Positions 22,101 to 29,013 of a DNA stretch of 64,000 nt are shown one piece after another. The position numbers were made by a program, and so were the translations under genes. Source of the stretch: a virus. The notes beneath the pieces are model-generated. The model had not been told where the DNA came from and did no database searches. It saw only the letters and a list, made by a program, of their open reading frames with translations. Where the stretch lies: the IMG/VR virus record IMGVR_UViG_3300045988_108162, positions 12,467 through 76,466 of that record; one strand, given 5' to 3'. Position 1 is the first letter of the stretch. Each line of letters starts with the position of its first letter.

Positions 22101-22624
22101 ATGCCTGGAATGAAAATAAAGACAATATGAATGAGGTAGAAAAAACCAATCTCAAACGTCTCAGTGTCTATGCCGGCACGTTCCTTATCATGCAGGCCGT
22201 ATCTATGCTTCTTGCCGGATGGCGTGATGATGATGAAAACGAAGAAAGTTGGCTTACTCAATTCGGATCCTATGTCGGATTCAGAACCATAAACGAAATA
22301 GCTTCACAGATGCCGTTTATTATGGAGCTTAACGTTGTAGATATCATTAACGACCCGTTTGTTATGGGACGGAAGCTGAAGGATCTTACCGATCTTAGGA
22401 ATTATTCACTTGATAAAGTAACATCCGGTACATACAAGGGAGAGTCTAAGTTATTTAGGCAACTCGCCAAACAGACGTTTATCAAACAATGGTATAACAT
22501 TAAGACGCCGGAAGACGTAGCACGCGCCTATAACTGGTGGCAGCAGACGAACAACAAGTCAATGATGTTCTTCATCGGCGCCACTCCTGATTCGGAAGGA
22601 GACGATGATGTTAGCTACAAATAG
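16178..22624 (+). CDS. Giant (2148 aa) virion-associated protein; candidate internal/ejected protein
   Basis: A 6.4-kb uninterrupted ORF. It has no Walker motif and no double-psi beta-barrel RNA-polymerase catalytic motif (DxDGD) that I could find. It has many coiled-coil-like segments. Confidence 0.7.
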   Translation: MVSTCIIKRDNKKKVVSVSTRSGDRSMLFDKIASIPLMENRERATTVFKTVFSNKFLKAFGDWRKRVPINKQAYNKVKSNIDLIPEAYRERVLDKASKMSNPVLVSKSDAPYEIQESGFGFYSQDLGDNIMLVDAMVPSSISVPEGPGIDAGQYLQDAISSDFTPVSMVQDKGVNYMVIKDGLKIFSPEELPQTDSNPVGVTYQTGEPRLFFMNDRSQLFEDYGEALRSGGNDIRIGFLSGTVQESTVDGVADITYKAGKYVLNNPKSFIPVMTASASTSLSTKGGIINYLIKKGLLSGSKIFDPETRSYYLTGEGHTGQIRLFNSALSYTELRNHFGSDVSMNDQGMITISSLDNSNVTMRLATGGTERVSKEQIKNDLKSGRYNELDAKYDHFDALVVSFILEDNDLYADTKAKIVSDYSRQERDQRNSIVEILKTLGVSVIGMTDYIEKYQTKYGHEPSAKALADIANNVIAVGEDATLSDLVEETAHFLVEAYRDQNAVEAVLQDVEGTEEWNQYAGQYYNTYGKAYEGAELDNAVRREILGKILAREMQAGTAQAPVEPTSFLGRVRQLFSGIVSWLKSALSTQRQDLNNVIKNIRDLAITDIDKGFDTSLLKDNDFTLYSLSSMNKNKFLESKIRSLRKTLRDLRQISSDRAVTTSMTLAQLKTIEDKINKVETEIDKNEMAAAMNSMISTAEAQVRYLSNVVNTILHGDTKDGKLHFNTNDRKNVDIINNQVLPIMNDLRGYIRNRSTEFDEREKQDYTNRINTVIADINGIQSDIKSVQDLDESTLLDKLMNELHVPADKVKRVKEFFDKVQHDVSWISRWFGILEHSSSPFNNALGAMIAKDNYNAMVNAQPAISDFLAYAKKHGFNKSEFEKLLQKVDGKTSNYLRSALDMAKYDRNKKLAQMRAFATAMNIEISEEEIGDVVDNNRNYVFKREVVDKDGNTVTENAKFKPSSDRVNTDIFTIEQEKIYTEQMEKWDAENSELEFSESYATRMESIYKKAEEELGHPVSQTTKEYLNALSRQKRILRQPFIDSGGNFDEVAYFKSSNYEEEGLLRKQRKEAASEYIYVGTRRVEKTGDQLKMAKEIQAINEVWRKESNNVTNAVSESFLQKLRAIQSESGGEAALRTLMLGGHLSFNDRFWNDIESEQSARTESNNKASYLKMAHDIISSTTSDRDATDVDSIVKDIEKNKAIIKEIIGNNRDVADIGEINEATFTSSERDAFRAASEAIEADYAILIDYAKMVGLEDIDKYLTKSNKAENEVNQSYLNALADSKEVEWKFVQRHTTAKKAKRIQALRDKLFKAADNRYLFTVSETNYLSEKLGISKELDGRDFRNAVNAKMASLFLNNTREEGIEADIKAGIEEANAIVNEFARSQVFSYYKRMAPTGYAAMIDKIGRGEIDVAQMVKDVQNGTSTQDYGMDISYLSFDPARAWVAESEAENSGRNPDYVKDHGYGHRMPKKSLYRDESYFNDFGIKYDVDGNEVATKNVEQWNMIQKLKEIKRQSLDLYKEQSPNLYAIPQISKQDIERIEGLGINFKNTVRNFVSDLCLDRVDDSLYGKTRQGEVYDPEDRLRSIPKYYIYELENQDDVSHDFGYSYSMLMMQSSLYNEKQKSIELAQGLEQMLLNKQFEGGKKAEATQAYQMFRDFFNDHYYGIRMNTKKLTVNIGGYTVDLTRIMMAVERFMSVMNLALSPFVAATGALTGHINLIMESAVGQYISKDSLKYASAEFSRLAPSCIAETGDIDRKSKLYVIGERMGIFNIRNRMYGAGYNRAARTLMRSPMYAFMEILNYPLDPQVMIATMDNVRYYKGRFYTFQDFKMEKERNKEQSTIKREWNALKDRTLWSMVDVVDGKVVVKPGSGVTVEEVETQMAITRNQVRSLSQICNGSLNEENRTAASRNWIARFMTAHRGWLVLAAQRLWKRRGFNFQTMQEEEGLSITLKNMIAKTFSLASESGMKNIIDAWNENKDNMNEVEKTNLKRLSVYAGTFLIMQAVSMLLAGWRDDDENEESWLTQFGSYVGFRTINEIASQMPFIMELNVVDIINDPFVMGRKLKDLTDLRNYSLDKVTSGTYKGESKLFRQLAKQTFIKQWYNIKTPEDVARAYNWWQQTNNKSMMFFIGATPDSEGDDDVSYK

Positions 22625-22802
22625 ACGAAGAATATCAGACTTGCATTGTTTTTGTATGATTCCAATATGTTATATTAGCATCGTCAAAGAGTAGATTGTA
22701 CGTTTTTTGTTCTTACTTGAAAAGTTTGTAGGTTTATTTTTTCTGAAATTGTTTTCTTACCGGTTATCAGTCAGAGATGATAGGGAACCGGTTTCTTTTG
22801 TT

Positions 22803-23450
22803 ATGAAAAAAAATAGTATCTTGCAAAAAAAAATGAGAAGAAGATTTCAAATAGGGATGGGGGTAAATCCCTCGCTTATAATCAATAAAGGCATATACAT
22901 CCAACATGTAGATGGAGGATTATATACAAAACAAAATTGGTCTAATAAAGGATATTCCAATGATCTATGCAATGGAATAGCTCTTGTAGATAAAGTGTGT
23001 TTTGTTATAGCCACCGAATATATTGGCACATTTCGTTGGGGTAAGGATGGAGAAATAGACAATATATTTGCACAAGATAGTTCTCATATGGGAACTATTA
23101 AAAAGGATTATTGGGGGCGTGAAAATCAGAATGCGTATCTTGAATATGATACCAGTAATACAGATTACGCTTTTAATAAAGTTAATAGCTATTTATTTAA
23201 AAATGGTCAAAATGGATATGTAGGTGGCGCCGGAGAGTTTTTTTTGATATCATTGTATGCTAATGAAATAAACGAATGCCTTTTAATGGTAGGAGGTACG
23301 ATAATGAGTAATAGAATGTGGACATCCACTCGAAATGAAAAATTTACCTATTCGTGGTATTATGATATAAACATCCAAGGAGATCATTTGGATACAGGTT
23401 CAAGGGGTAGTTCACATTATGTCCGTCCTTTTACTGAATTAATTTTATGA
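22803..23450 (+). CDS. MRRR-leader family protein C (N/Y/G/W-rich)
   Basis: Alternative start at 22833 (MRRRFQIG). The first 11 codons contain an A8 and an A9 tract (MKKNSILQKKMRRRF). Confidence 0.55.
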   Translation: MKKNSILQKKMRRRFQIGMGVNPSLIINKGIYIQHVDGGLYTKQNWSNKGYSNDLCNGIALVDKVCFVIATEYIGTFRWGKDGEIDNIFAQDSSHMGTIKKDYWGRENQNAYLEYDTSNTDYAFNKVNSYLFKNGQNGYVGGAGEFFLISLYANEINECLLMVGGTIMSNRMWTSTRNEKFTYSWYYDINIQGDHLDTGSRGSSHYVRPFTELIL

Positions 23451-23454
23451 AATT

Positions 23455-23550
23455 ATGAGAAGAAGATACGAAAATGATATTAAGTTATACGAATATGTAA
23501 TAAATAGCAACTGTATAGGCGGAACCATATTCGTAGATGGAAAAATGTAG
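23455..23550 (+). CDS. MRRRY leader mini-ORF (31 aa) overlapping the next ORF
   Basis: Starts with the same ATGAGAAGAAGATAC leader. It ends at TAG at 23548, which lies inside a -1-frame ORF that opens at 23508. Confidence 0.35.
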   Translation: MRRRYENDIKLYEYVINSNCIGGTIFVDGKM

Positions 23551-23570
23551 GTGTCGTAAGCTCCAGTCCT

Positions 23571-24182
23571 TTGATTTACGTTACTCCAAAACCAATCATC
23601 TCTTCTATTAGTATCTCAGGGGGATTGCCCTCTGATAATAGAGAATTGATAGATACATATACTGAAAATAGTACAGATATTCAAGGATTAGATAAAATAG
23701 CTATAATTGTTTCTCCACAAAATGGAAATGATTATAATATTCTACACGTTAGTTTGCCTGTCATTAACTTTGTTCTTGTTTCTACTCCTATTACTTACAA
23801 AAAATATAAAGTTTATCATAATCACGCTCCAGAGTCTATTTACAATGTTGTTCCTGGATTATATAACCTGAATTACACCTACGAAATAAAAGAGGAGACA
23901 GATGAAGGGACACCTGGCAGCCCTACCTATAAAGCTCTTTACAAGAATGGTTCAAAATGGAATCTGGGGGTTGTTGATAGCAATGTCAATATAGAAGGTA
24001 GACTTAATAATACAGTATCGTTAAACACTGTTTCTATAATACATATTCAGTCTAATATACAAGATGATAGCTACATAGTATTTAAAGCTGACGTAAACCT
24101 GTGTCTAATAGATCCTTCTGATAGATATAACCCTGTATATAATAATACTATAACCAAACAATTGCGATATGAGTTCAAATAA
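23571..24182 (+). CDS. N/Y-rich 203-aa ORF with no ATG anywhere (the track starts it at a TTG); it may be the body of an MRRR family member D reached by recoding, or a pseudogene
   Basis: The frame is open from 23508 and has no in-frame ATG. It ends 40 nt before the bidirectional terminator. Confidence 0.4.
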   Translation: MIYVTPKPIISSISISGGLPSDNRELIDTYTENSTDIQGLDKIAIIVSPQNGNDYNILHVSLPVINFVLVSTPITYKKYKVYHNHAPESIYNVVPGLYNLNYTYEIKEETDEGTPGSPTYKALYKNGSKWNLGVVDSNVNIEGRLNNTVSLNTVSIIHIQSNIQDDSYIVFKADVNLCLIDPSDRYNPVYNNTITKQLRYEFK

Positions 24183-24222
24183 AAAAATAAGGTGATTATA
24201 TACAACTTTGCACCATCTATAT

Positions 24223-24268
24223 AAAACAGAAGCCGGATAATGATTAACGTATATCCGGCTTCTGTTTT
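24223..24268. terminator. Bidirectional intrinsic terminator at the strand-switch point
   Basis: Perfect 17-bp inverted repeat aaaacagaagccggata ... tatccggcttctgtttt with T/A tracts on both sides. Confidence 0.8.
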
Positions 24269-24274
24269 ATATGG

Positions 24275-24463
24275 TTAAAATTCTTTTTCGTTACCACCTT
24301 TTTTAGAGGTGGTTTTATCAAAAAGAGGGTCGTTAGGATCTGTTTTGGGATTATAGCTAAATACACCTTTAGCTATTCTCTTCATATCCTTCTCTAATTT
24401 TCCACTTTTACTACTTCTGATCGTAGTAGTGGTTGATATTGTGAATTTCTTATTTTTTTTCAT
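24275..24463 (-). CDS. Small basic protein (62 aa)
   Basis: Starts ATGAAAAAAAATAAG, an A8 run right after the ATG. It overlaps the transposase stop by 4 nt. Confidence 0.35.
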   Translation of the reverse strand: MKKNKKFTISTTTTIRSSKSGKLEKDMKRIAKGVFSYNPKTDPNDPLFDKTTSKKGGNEKEF

Positions 24464-25440
24464 GCCGTAATTTTCTTTAGTTGTGAATACCTTAATCGTC
24501 GTTTGGTATTCTGCAAAAATACATCGAATCTTTCAGATTCCGATAGATGTTTCGTGTTATATCTGAAAGATTCGCAATCTACATATCTTTGAAGATGTTT
24601 TCTCGACACCCAGAAATGGGTTCCAGAAATCATTTTCTTCAAATGGCTCCAATATCCTTCGATTGTGTTTGTTGATCTTCTGCCTATTACATACGCTCCC
24701 TTTTTGTGATATACTTTTTGATGATCAAACTTTTCTTTGTCGATCCCGTTATACGCATACCATTCGTCAGAATATATGGTAGAATTAGGGTGAACGGTAT
24801 TGTATATCAAAGGAAGTAAGGTTTTACCTTTTGTGTCTGTAACGACATAAGCGACAACAAATCCTTCTCGTTGGAGTGTCCCAAACACAGGGGTTTTATC
24901 TTTTAAAGATCTCCCCTGTGCATCTTTAACTTTATCCTTACTATGTCTATTCTTGTTTTTGCCACCAATATAAGTTTCATCCACTTCAATCTCGCCTTTC
25001 AAACACGGCTCTTTTATTTCAATACTAAAACAATTATGAATACGTTGAAGCATAAACCAAGCCGTTTTCTGTGTTACTCCCACGATTTTAGACAACTGTA
25101 AAGATGATACTCCTCTTTTCATTTCAACAACAATGCCTTTCCCTTCGATATTGATATACATCTTTCTTCCACCACATCCAAGGCTGTTCCATCCGCTCGG
25201 TACGTTTTCCACCATAGGCTTAAGCACCCAGCTTTCACCGTCTATCCTAATCCATCCAGGATCGTCTTTGTGCTTGTCGTACATATTTTGCCAAAAAGAG
25301 CATTCGTAGCACCATCCCTTGTCTTCCATGATAGTTCTTATCTCACACCTTTCAAATCCATCTGCATCCATCGTGTGCGGAGAATGAGGCTGGTGAGGGG
25401 TGCCACATTTTGGGCATACGAGTTTTAAATTCTTTTCCAT
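24460..25440 (-). CDS. IS1595-family (ISXO2-like) DDE transposase
   Basis: N-terminal CPKCG zinc ribbon. The HTH reads LSKIVGVTQKTAWFMLQRI and the catalytic core reads DETYIGGK...TIYSDEWYAY...NTIEGYWSHLKK...KHLQRYVDCESFRYN. An insert of about 100 aa sits between the ribbon and the HTH. Confidence 0.8.
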   Translation of the reverse strand: MEKNLKLVCPKCGTPHQPHSPHTMDADGFERCEIRTIMEDKGWCYECSFWQNMYDKHKDDPGWIRIDGESWVLKPMVENVPSGWNSLGCGGRKMYINIEGKGIVVEMKRGVSSLQLSKIVGVTQKTAWFMLQRIHNCFSIEIKEPCLKGEIEVDETYIGGKNKNRHSKDKVKDAQGRSLKDKTPVFGTLQREGFVVAYVVTDTKGKTLLPLIYNTVHPNSTIYSDEWYAYNGIDKEKFDHQKVYHKKGAYVIGRRSTNTIEGYWSHLKKMISGTHFWVSRKHLQRYVDCESFRYNTKHLSESERFDVFLQNTKRRLRYSQLKKITA

Positions 25441-25441
25441 A

Positions 25442-25675
25442 TTATTTCACTTTTACGATCTTAATAGAATCTCCGATATTGTATTCCCCTTGGTATCCAA
25501 CGAATTTTATAAATCTATTACTGTTAAATATTGAAAATCTTCCGTCTTCACCATAATACATTATACATCCACCATCTAAAGGACGTAGATCATATATAAC
25601 CCATCCGTCATTAACCCGAATATCATGCGAACATGATGATAACACAAGTGCCATCAATAAAACAAAATACCTCAT
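25442..25675 (-). CDS. Putative lipoprotein (signal peptide plus LSSC lipobox)
   Basis: Reads MRYFVLLMALVLSSC. Its stop is 1 nt from the transposase ATG. Confidence 0.5.
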   Translation of the reverse strand: MRYFVLLMALVLSSCSHDIRVNDGWVIYDLRPLDGGCIMYYGEDGRFSIFNSNRFIKFVGYQGEYNIGDSIKIVKVK

Positions 25676-25682
25676 ATTATTT

Positions 25683-25874
25683 TCAGCATAAAAATTTGTA
25701 ACCTGGTTTTACGGCCTCTGCTTCTTCTCTCGTATCAAACATTAAGGTAGTGACAGCTCCTATGCCTTCACAAACGTAAGATACTTTCACCCACCACCTA
25801 AAAATCCCAGAGCCGTAATCATCATAGTACGGCTCAGAAAGAACCTCTTCTACGTACCCATCTAAGTAATTCAT
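25683..25874 (-). CDS. Small hypothetical protein
   Basis: 63-aa ORF. Confidence 0.35.
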   Translation of the reverse strand: MNYLDGYVEEVLSEPYYDDYGSGIFRWWVKVSYVCEGIGAVTTLMFDTREEAEAVKPGYKFLC

Positions 25875-26587
25875 GATCGTTCCTCCTTGTTTTTAGGTTC
25901 TGCCTCTTCGAGTATGCTGATCACCTTGTCAACAATATCCGAATCAGACATTTTCTCAATAAAAACATCCATTGCCTTAGTTATGTCATTGGCTTCTTTT
26001 TCTTCAAGAGCTATTTCTCCACCGGTAATAGCATCAGATAATAATGTAGATAAGTATCTTATCTTATCAATGCTCATAAACGTAAACGGGTTACCTCCTT
26101 GACCTCCACCCATTTCTTTCATAATCTGATATCCACCTGAAATAAGTCTGCTGGATGTCAGAGCCAAGGAAGACACGATAAGGGCCAGGACCGCCGCTTC
26201 CGTCCGCTCCTCAGACACACCCTTCGACCACACGGCTGCCCTTATAGCGCCAGCCAGGTTGTCTATGTATGGCATGAGGCAGTCTTCCATAACTTGTGTT
26301 ATATCAGCTATAACCTCACTACGCTCTTTATTTATGTAATAGATAGAAGCATTATACCTCTTTATCTCCTTATCCATATCATTTAAAAAGCGCTTGATGT
26401 TGTGCTTATACATAGGACTGCCTTTAATTACCTCCTTCAGTTTAATAATGTAATTATAAGCCTGGTCGTTTACGAACAACGTCATGGTCTCAACCGTTGA
26501 ATGAAGTGTGTTAAGACTGTTAAGAATCTTATCGAAATTGTTTATCAAATAAGCTCTTCTGGCTTTTGCTGCGTAGTTAATCATCAC
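25871..26587 (-). CDS. Hypothetical protein
   Basis: 238-aa ORF; 4-nt overlap with its neighbour. Confidence 0.55.
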   Translation of the reverse strand: MMINYAAKARRAYLINNFDKILNSLNTLHSTVETMTLFVNDQAYNYIIKLKEVIKGSPMYKHNIKRFLNDMDKEIKRYNASIYYINKERSEVIADITQVMEDCLMPYIDNLAGAIRAAVWSKGVSEERTEAAVLALIVSSLALTSSRLISGGYQIMKEMGGGQGGNPFTFMSIDKIRYLSTLLSDAITGGEIALEEKEANDITKAMDVFIEKMSDSDIVDKVISILEEAEPKNKEERS

Positions 26588-27107
26588 ATTCGAATTTTAG
26601 ATTTTCAAGTTCATTCAATTGTTTCTTAGTCAATTCGATCAGGTACGTTCTCCGTTCCTCTGCATGTTTTAAAGCTTCTTCTTTGCTCTCAAAAGCATCC
26701 CTTCCTATTTCATAAGGAGTGATCCTATCAGGAATGTCGGCTAACAAAAGACCACCATACTCTTCTATTTTAGCTTTTACTTTTCTTATTATACCGTCTC
26801 TCATGCACGCATCTGTAATCCATATAAACCTATCACATTCTTCTAATTCCCTTTCGTACAATTCATACCATTCTGGTTTAGGAAATCTTAATGTAAATCT
26901 AATCTCGGTATCTTTTTCTAAGACATTAATATCATACGCCTCCGGCCACAGCTCTTTTATACTGTTCTCGTCTTCAGCATATGCTACCAATACAAATGAA
27001 TTACTGGATTCTGCACTACACCAATATGGATATTTTATAGGCCATTTGACTGGACGGTAATCATTGTTACAGTCATCCTTTCTAATGTAAAATCTTGCTT
27101 TAATCAT
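26577..27107 (-). CDS. Hypothetical protein
   Basis: 176-aa ORF. Confidence 0.55.
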   Translation of the reverse strand: MIKARFYIRKDDCNNDYRPVKWPIKYPYWCSAESSNSFVLVAYAEDENSIKELWPEAYDINVLEKDTEIRFTLRFPKPEWYELYERELEECDRFIWITDACMRDGIIRKVKAKIEEYGGLLLADIPDRITPYEIGRDAFESKEEALKHAEERRTYLIELTKKQLNELENLKFECDD

Positions 27108-27108
27108 G

Positions 27109-27417
27109 TTATTCTACTTTTTTGATTTCGCTTAAATCGTCTTCATGCACCAAATAAGATCCTCTTCCCGGTCTTCCTTCTTTATTAACTTCCTGGATTG
27201 TAAATATAACTGTTCCAGGACTCATGATTTGCACGCTCTTAAAAAAACCAACAAGAGGCTCTTTCGAACGTTTGTAAAAAACGCTCACTTTATCTCCCTT
27301 CTTTAACCCATAAACAGAATCGAAATACTCTTTTTTGATTCTATCAATATTGTCTTTATGATTTCTTATAGCACGAAGCTCTTTTTCCCATAAATAATTT
27401 AGCTGTTCTTTTGTCAT
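27109..27417 (-). CDS. Hypothetical protein
   Basis: 102-aa ORF. Confidence 0.5.
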   Translation of the reverse strand: MTKEQLNYLWEKELRAIRNHKDNIDRIKKEYFDSVYGLKKGDKVSVFYKRSKEPLVGFFKSVQIMSPGTVIFTIQEVNKEGRPGRGSYLVHEDDLSEIKKVE

Positions 27418-27980
27418 TTCTTTTCCTCCTTACTTAAAGGCATTAACCCTTTTCCGTGCTTGTCATACCACAGCATAGCTATACAGTTCCATGCACATTG
27501 TGCAAGATGAAAACATCCTGTATCGGAATCCACTCTTTCCCCTTTCATGTATTCCATTAGGTGTCTAAACATTGCAGCTCGATACCGTTCAAATCCGTCG
27601 TCAAGATTCTGCCAATTATTAGACCCATATTTCTTGGCTCCGGCATGATAGACTCTTACAATGTCTTCAATCTCTTCCATCGGAAGCAAATCCCATCGTA
27701 GTTTGTCGTCAATGATGTCATTTTTCACTGATTTTATTGAAGTACTTTTTTCTGGATCTCCTACACGAATAAGTTCCATAATGTCTGTTTCTATAATAAT
27801 TGCGTCTCCATTGTAATAAACTTCAGCAAACTTGTCATTTTCTTTTATGTTTGTTGCTGAAGTCACTAAAGATCCTTTGTATATTATAGTGTTTTTATCT
27901 ATCTTATCATCTTTCAGTGTTTGAAAAATAGATCCTTTTGGATAAAGGATGTTTTTAGTATTATTGTCCATTTTTTCCAT
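27414..27980 (-). CDS. dATP/dGTP pyrophosphohydrolase-like (phage MazG-like/DUF550-type) domain protein
   Basis: The C-terminal half reads DKLRWDLLPMEEIEDIVRVYHAGAKKYGSNNWQNL...RYRAAMFRHL. This matches the phage dNTP-diphosphohydrolase N-domain signature as I remember it. Confidence 0.55.
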   Translation of the reverse strand: MEKMDNNTKNILYPKGSIFQTLKDDKIDKNTIIYKGSLVTSATNIKENDKFAEVYYNGDAIIIETDIMELIRVGDPEKSTSIKSVKNDIIDDKLRWDLLPMEEIEDIVRVYHAGAKKYGSNNWQNLDDGFERYRAAMFRHLMEYMKGERVDSDTGCFHLAQCAWNCIAMLWYDKHGKGLMPLSKEEKK

Positions 27981-28024
27981 CGTTTTATCGTTGTTTTAAT
28001 CAATTAGTATAATGATATAGTCCA

Positions 28025-28372
28025 TTATTTTTCTTCTTCGCCTATAAAGCGATCAAATTCTTCTCCGCTCATAACAATGCGGTTAATGATAATTATGCCG
28101 TTATTGCTATAATCACCACTTTTAACTCCCATATCATCAAGCTCCTTCTTTAATTCTTCAAATGTGGGACCTGTCTTGCTTTTAAAAAATAAAGTAGCAT
28201 GTACAATCTTTTCGTTGTTTAGTTTTGCTCTCACGGTATAGACATATCCTTTTTCCTCTTCATCCTTTTTGTTGACACCATCAAGGATGCTATTTATCAT
28301 ATCCTTGTCCTCACGTGATAGGTTAGATATAGCGATTCTGCCCTTTAACCTAAATATTTCGTTTTCGTTCAT
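28025..28372 (-). CDS. Hypothetical protein
   Basis: 115-aa ORF. Confidence 0.5.
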   Translation of the reverse strand: MNENEIFRLKGRIAISNLSREDKDMINSILDGVNKKDEEEKGYVYTVRAKLNNEKIVHATLFFKSKTGPTFEELKKELDDMGVKSGDYSNNGIIIINRIVMSGEEFDRFIGEEEK

Positions 28373-28656
28373 AACCTTCCATTTTTGTTGTTTTCAAAAT
28401 ATTGTCTTACGGCTTCTATAGCCTTATCATCATCAAAAGCCTCTTCAAACTCCGTATAGAACCTATCTCGTTCCATGCAGAATGTGTTTTTCCCTTCCGG
28501 TATAGGACGGAACACAACCACCCTCTCTTTGTCGTGATTGGTTCCTATTATGTTATTATCTAAGATAATAGAATACCTTCTTGAACTCTTGTTGATAACA
28601 ACATCATGTTGAAGACCATACAATTTAAGTATTTCCCTTAATTCATTTGTTTCCAT
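28369..28656 (-). CDS. Hypothetical protein
   Basis: 95-aa ORF. Confidence 0.5.
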   Translation of the reverse strand: METNELREILKLYGLQHDVVINKSSRRYSIILDNNIIGTNHDKERVVVFRPIPEGKNTFCMERDRFYTEFEEAFDDDKAIEAVRQYFENNKNGRL

Positions 28657-29013
28657 TTATATTATTCCTTCCAAATTTACTTTAATAGAACCATTTATAG
28701 TTTTAATGCTCCCATCTATGGTTGAAATCACATCATCTAAATAATTTATAATACCTTCCATGTCATCAACCACCTCCTCCATATAAGTTACAGCCTGATC
28801 TGATTCCCAATATCTTTCTGAGTCTTGTAACGATTCAGGTATATTATCTCTCGCCTCAGTCTCTTCGTCTAAAATCATATCAACATCATCTTTGGCTGAA
28901 TTTATGTTGTGCTTCAACTCTGACAACTTTGATTTGATGTATTCAAAATCCGTTTTATACTTATTTACATTGTTAATAACATCCGATATTTTTTTTCTTC
29001 TCTTGTTGTTCAT
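28657..29013 (-). CDS. Hypothetical coiled-coil protein
   Basis: 118-aa ORF. Confidence 0.5.
   Translation of the reverse strand: MNNKRRKKISDVINNVNKYKTDFEYIKSKLSELKHNINSAKDDVDMILDEETEARDNIPESLQDSERYWESDQAVTYMEEVVDDMEGIINYLDDVISTIDGSIKTINGSIKVNLEGII

Noticed and set aside
1276-22261. Short antisense ORFs inside the giant plus-strand genes and inside minus-strand genes
   Set aside because: These include 1276-1470, 1817-2176, 3349-3744 and 17746-18078, among others. They are embedded in, and antisense to, long well-supported ORFs, and none has a start context or neighbours, so they are almost certainly spurious.
16178-22624. The 2148-aa protein as a crAss-like virion RNA polymerase
   Set aside because: The size fits, but I found none of the paired DxDGD-type DPBB catalytic motifs by eye, so I left it as a giant virion protein of unknown function.
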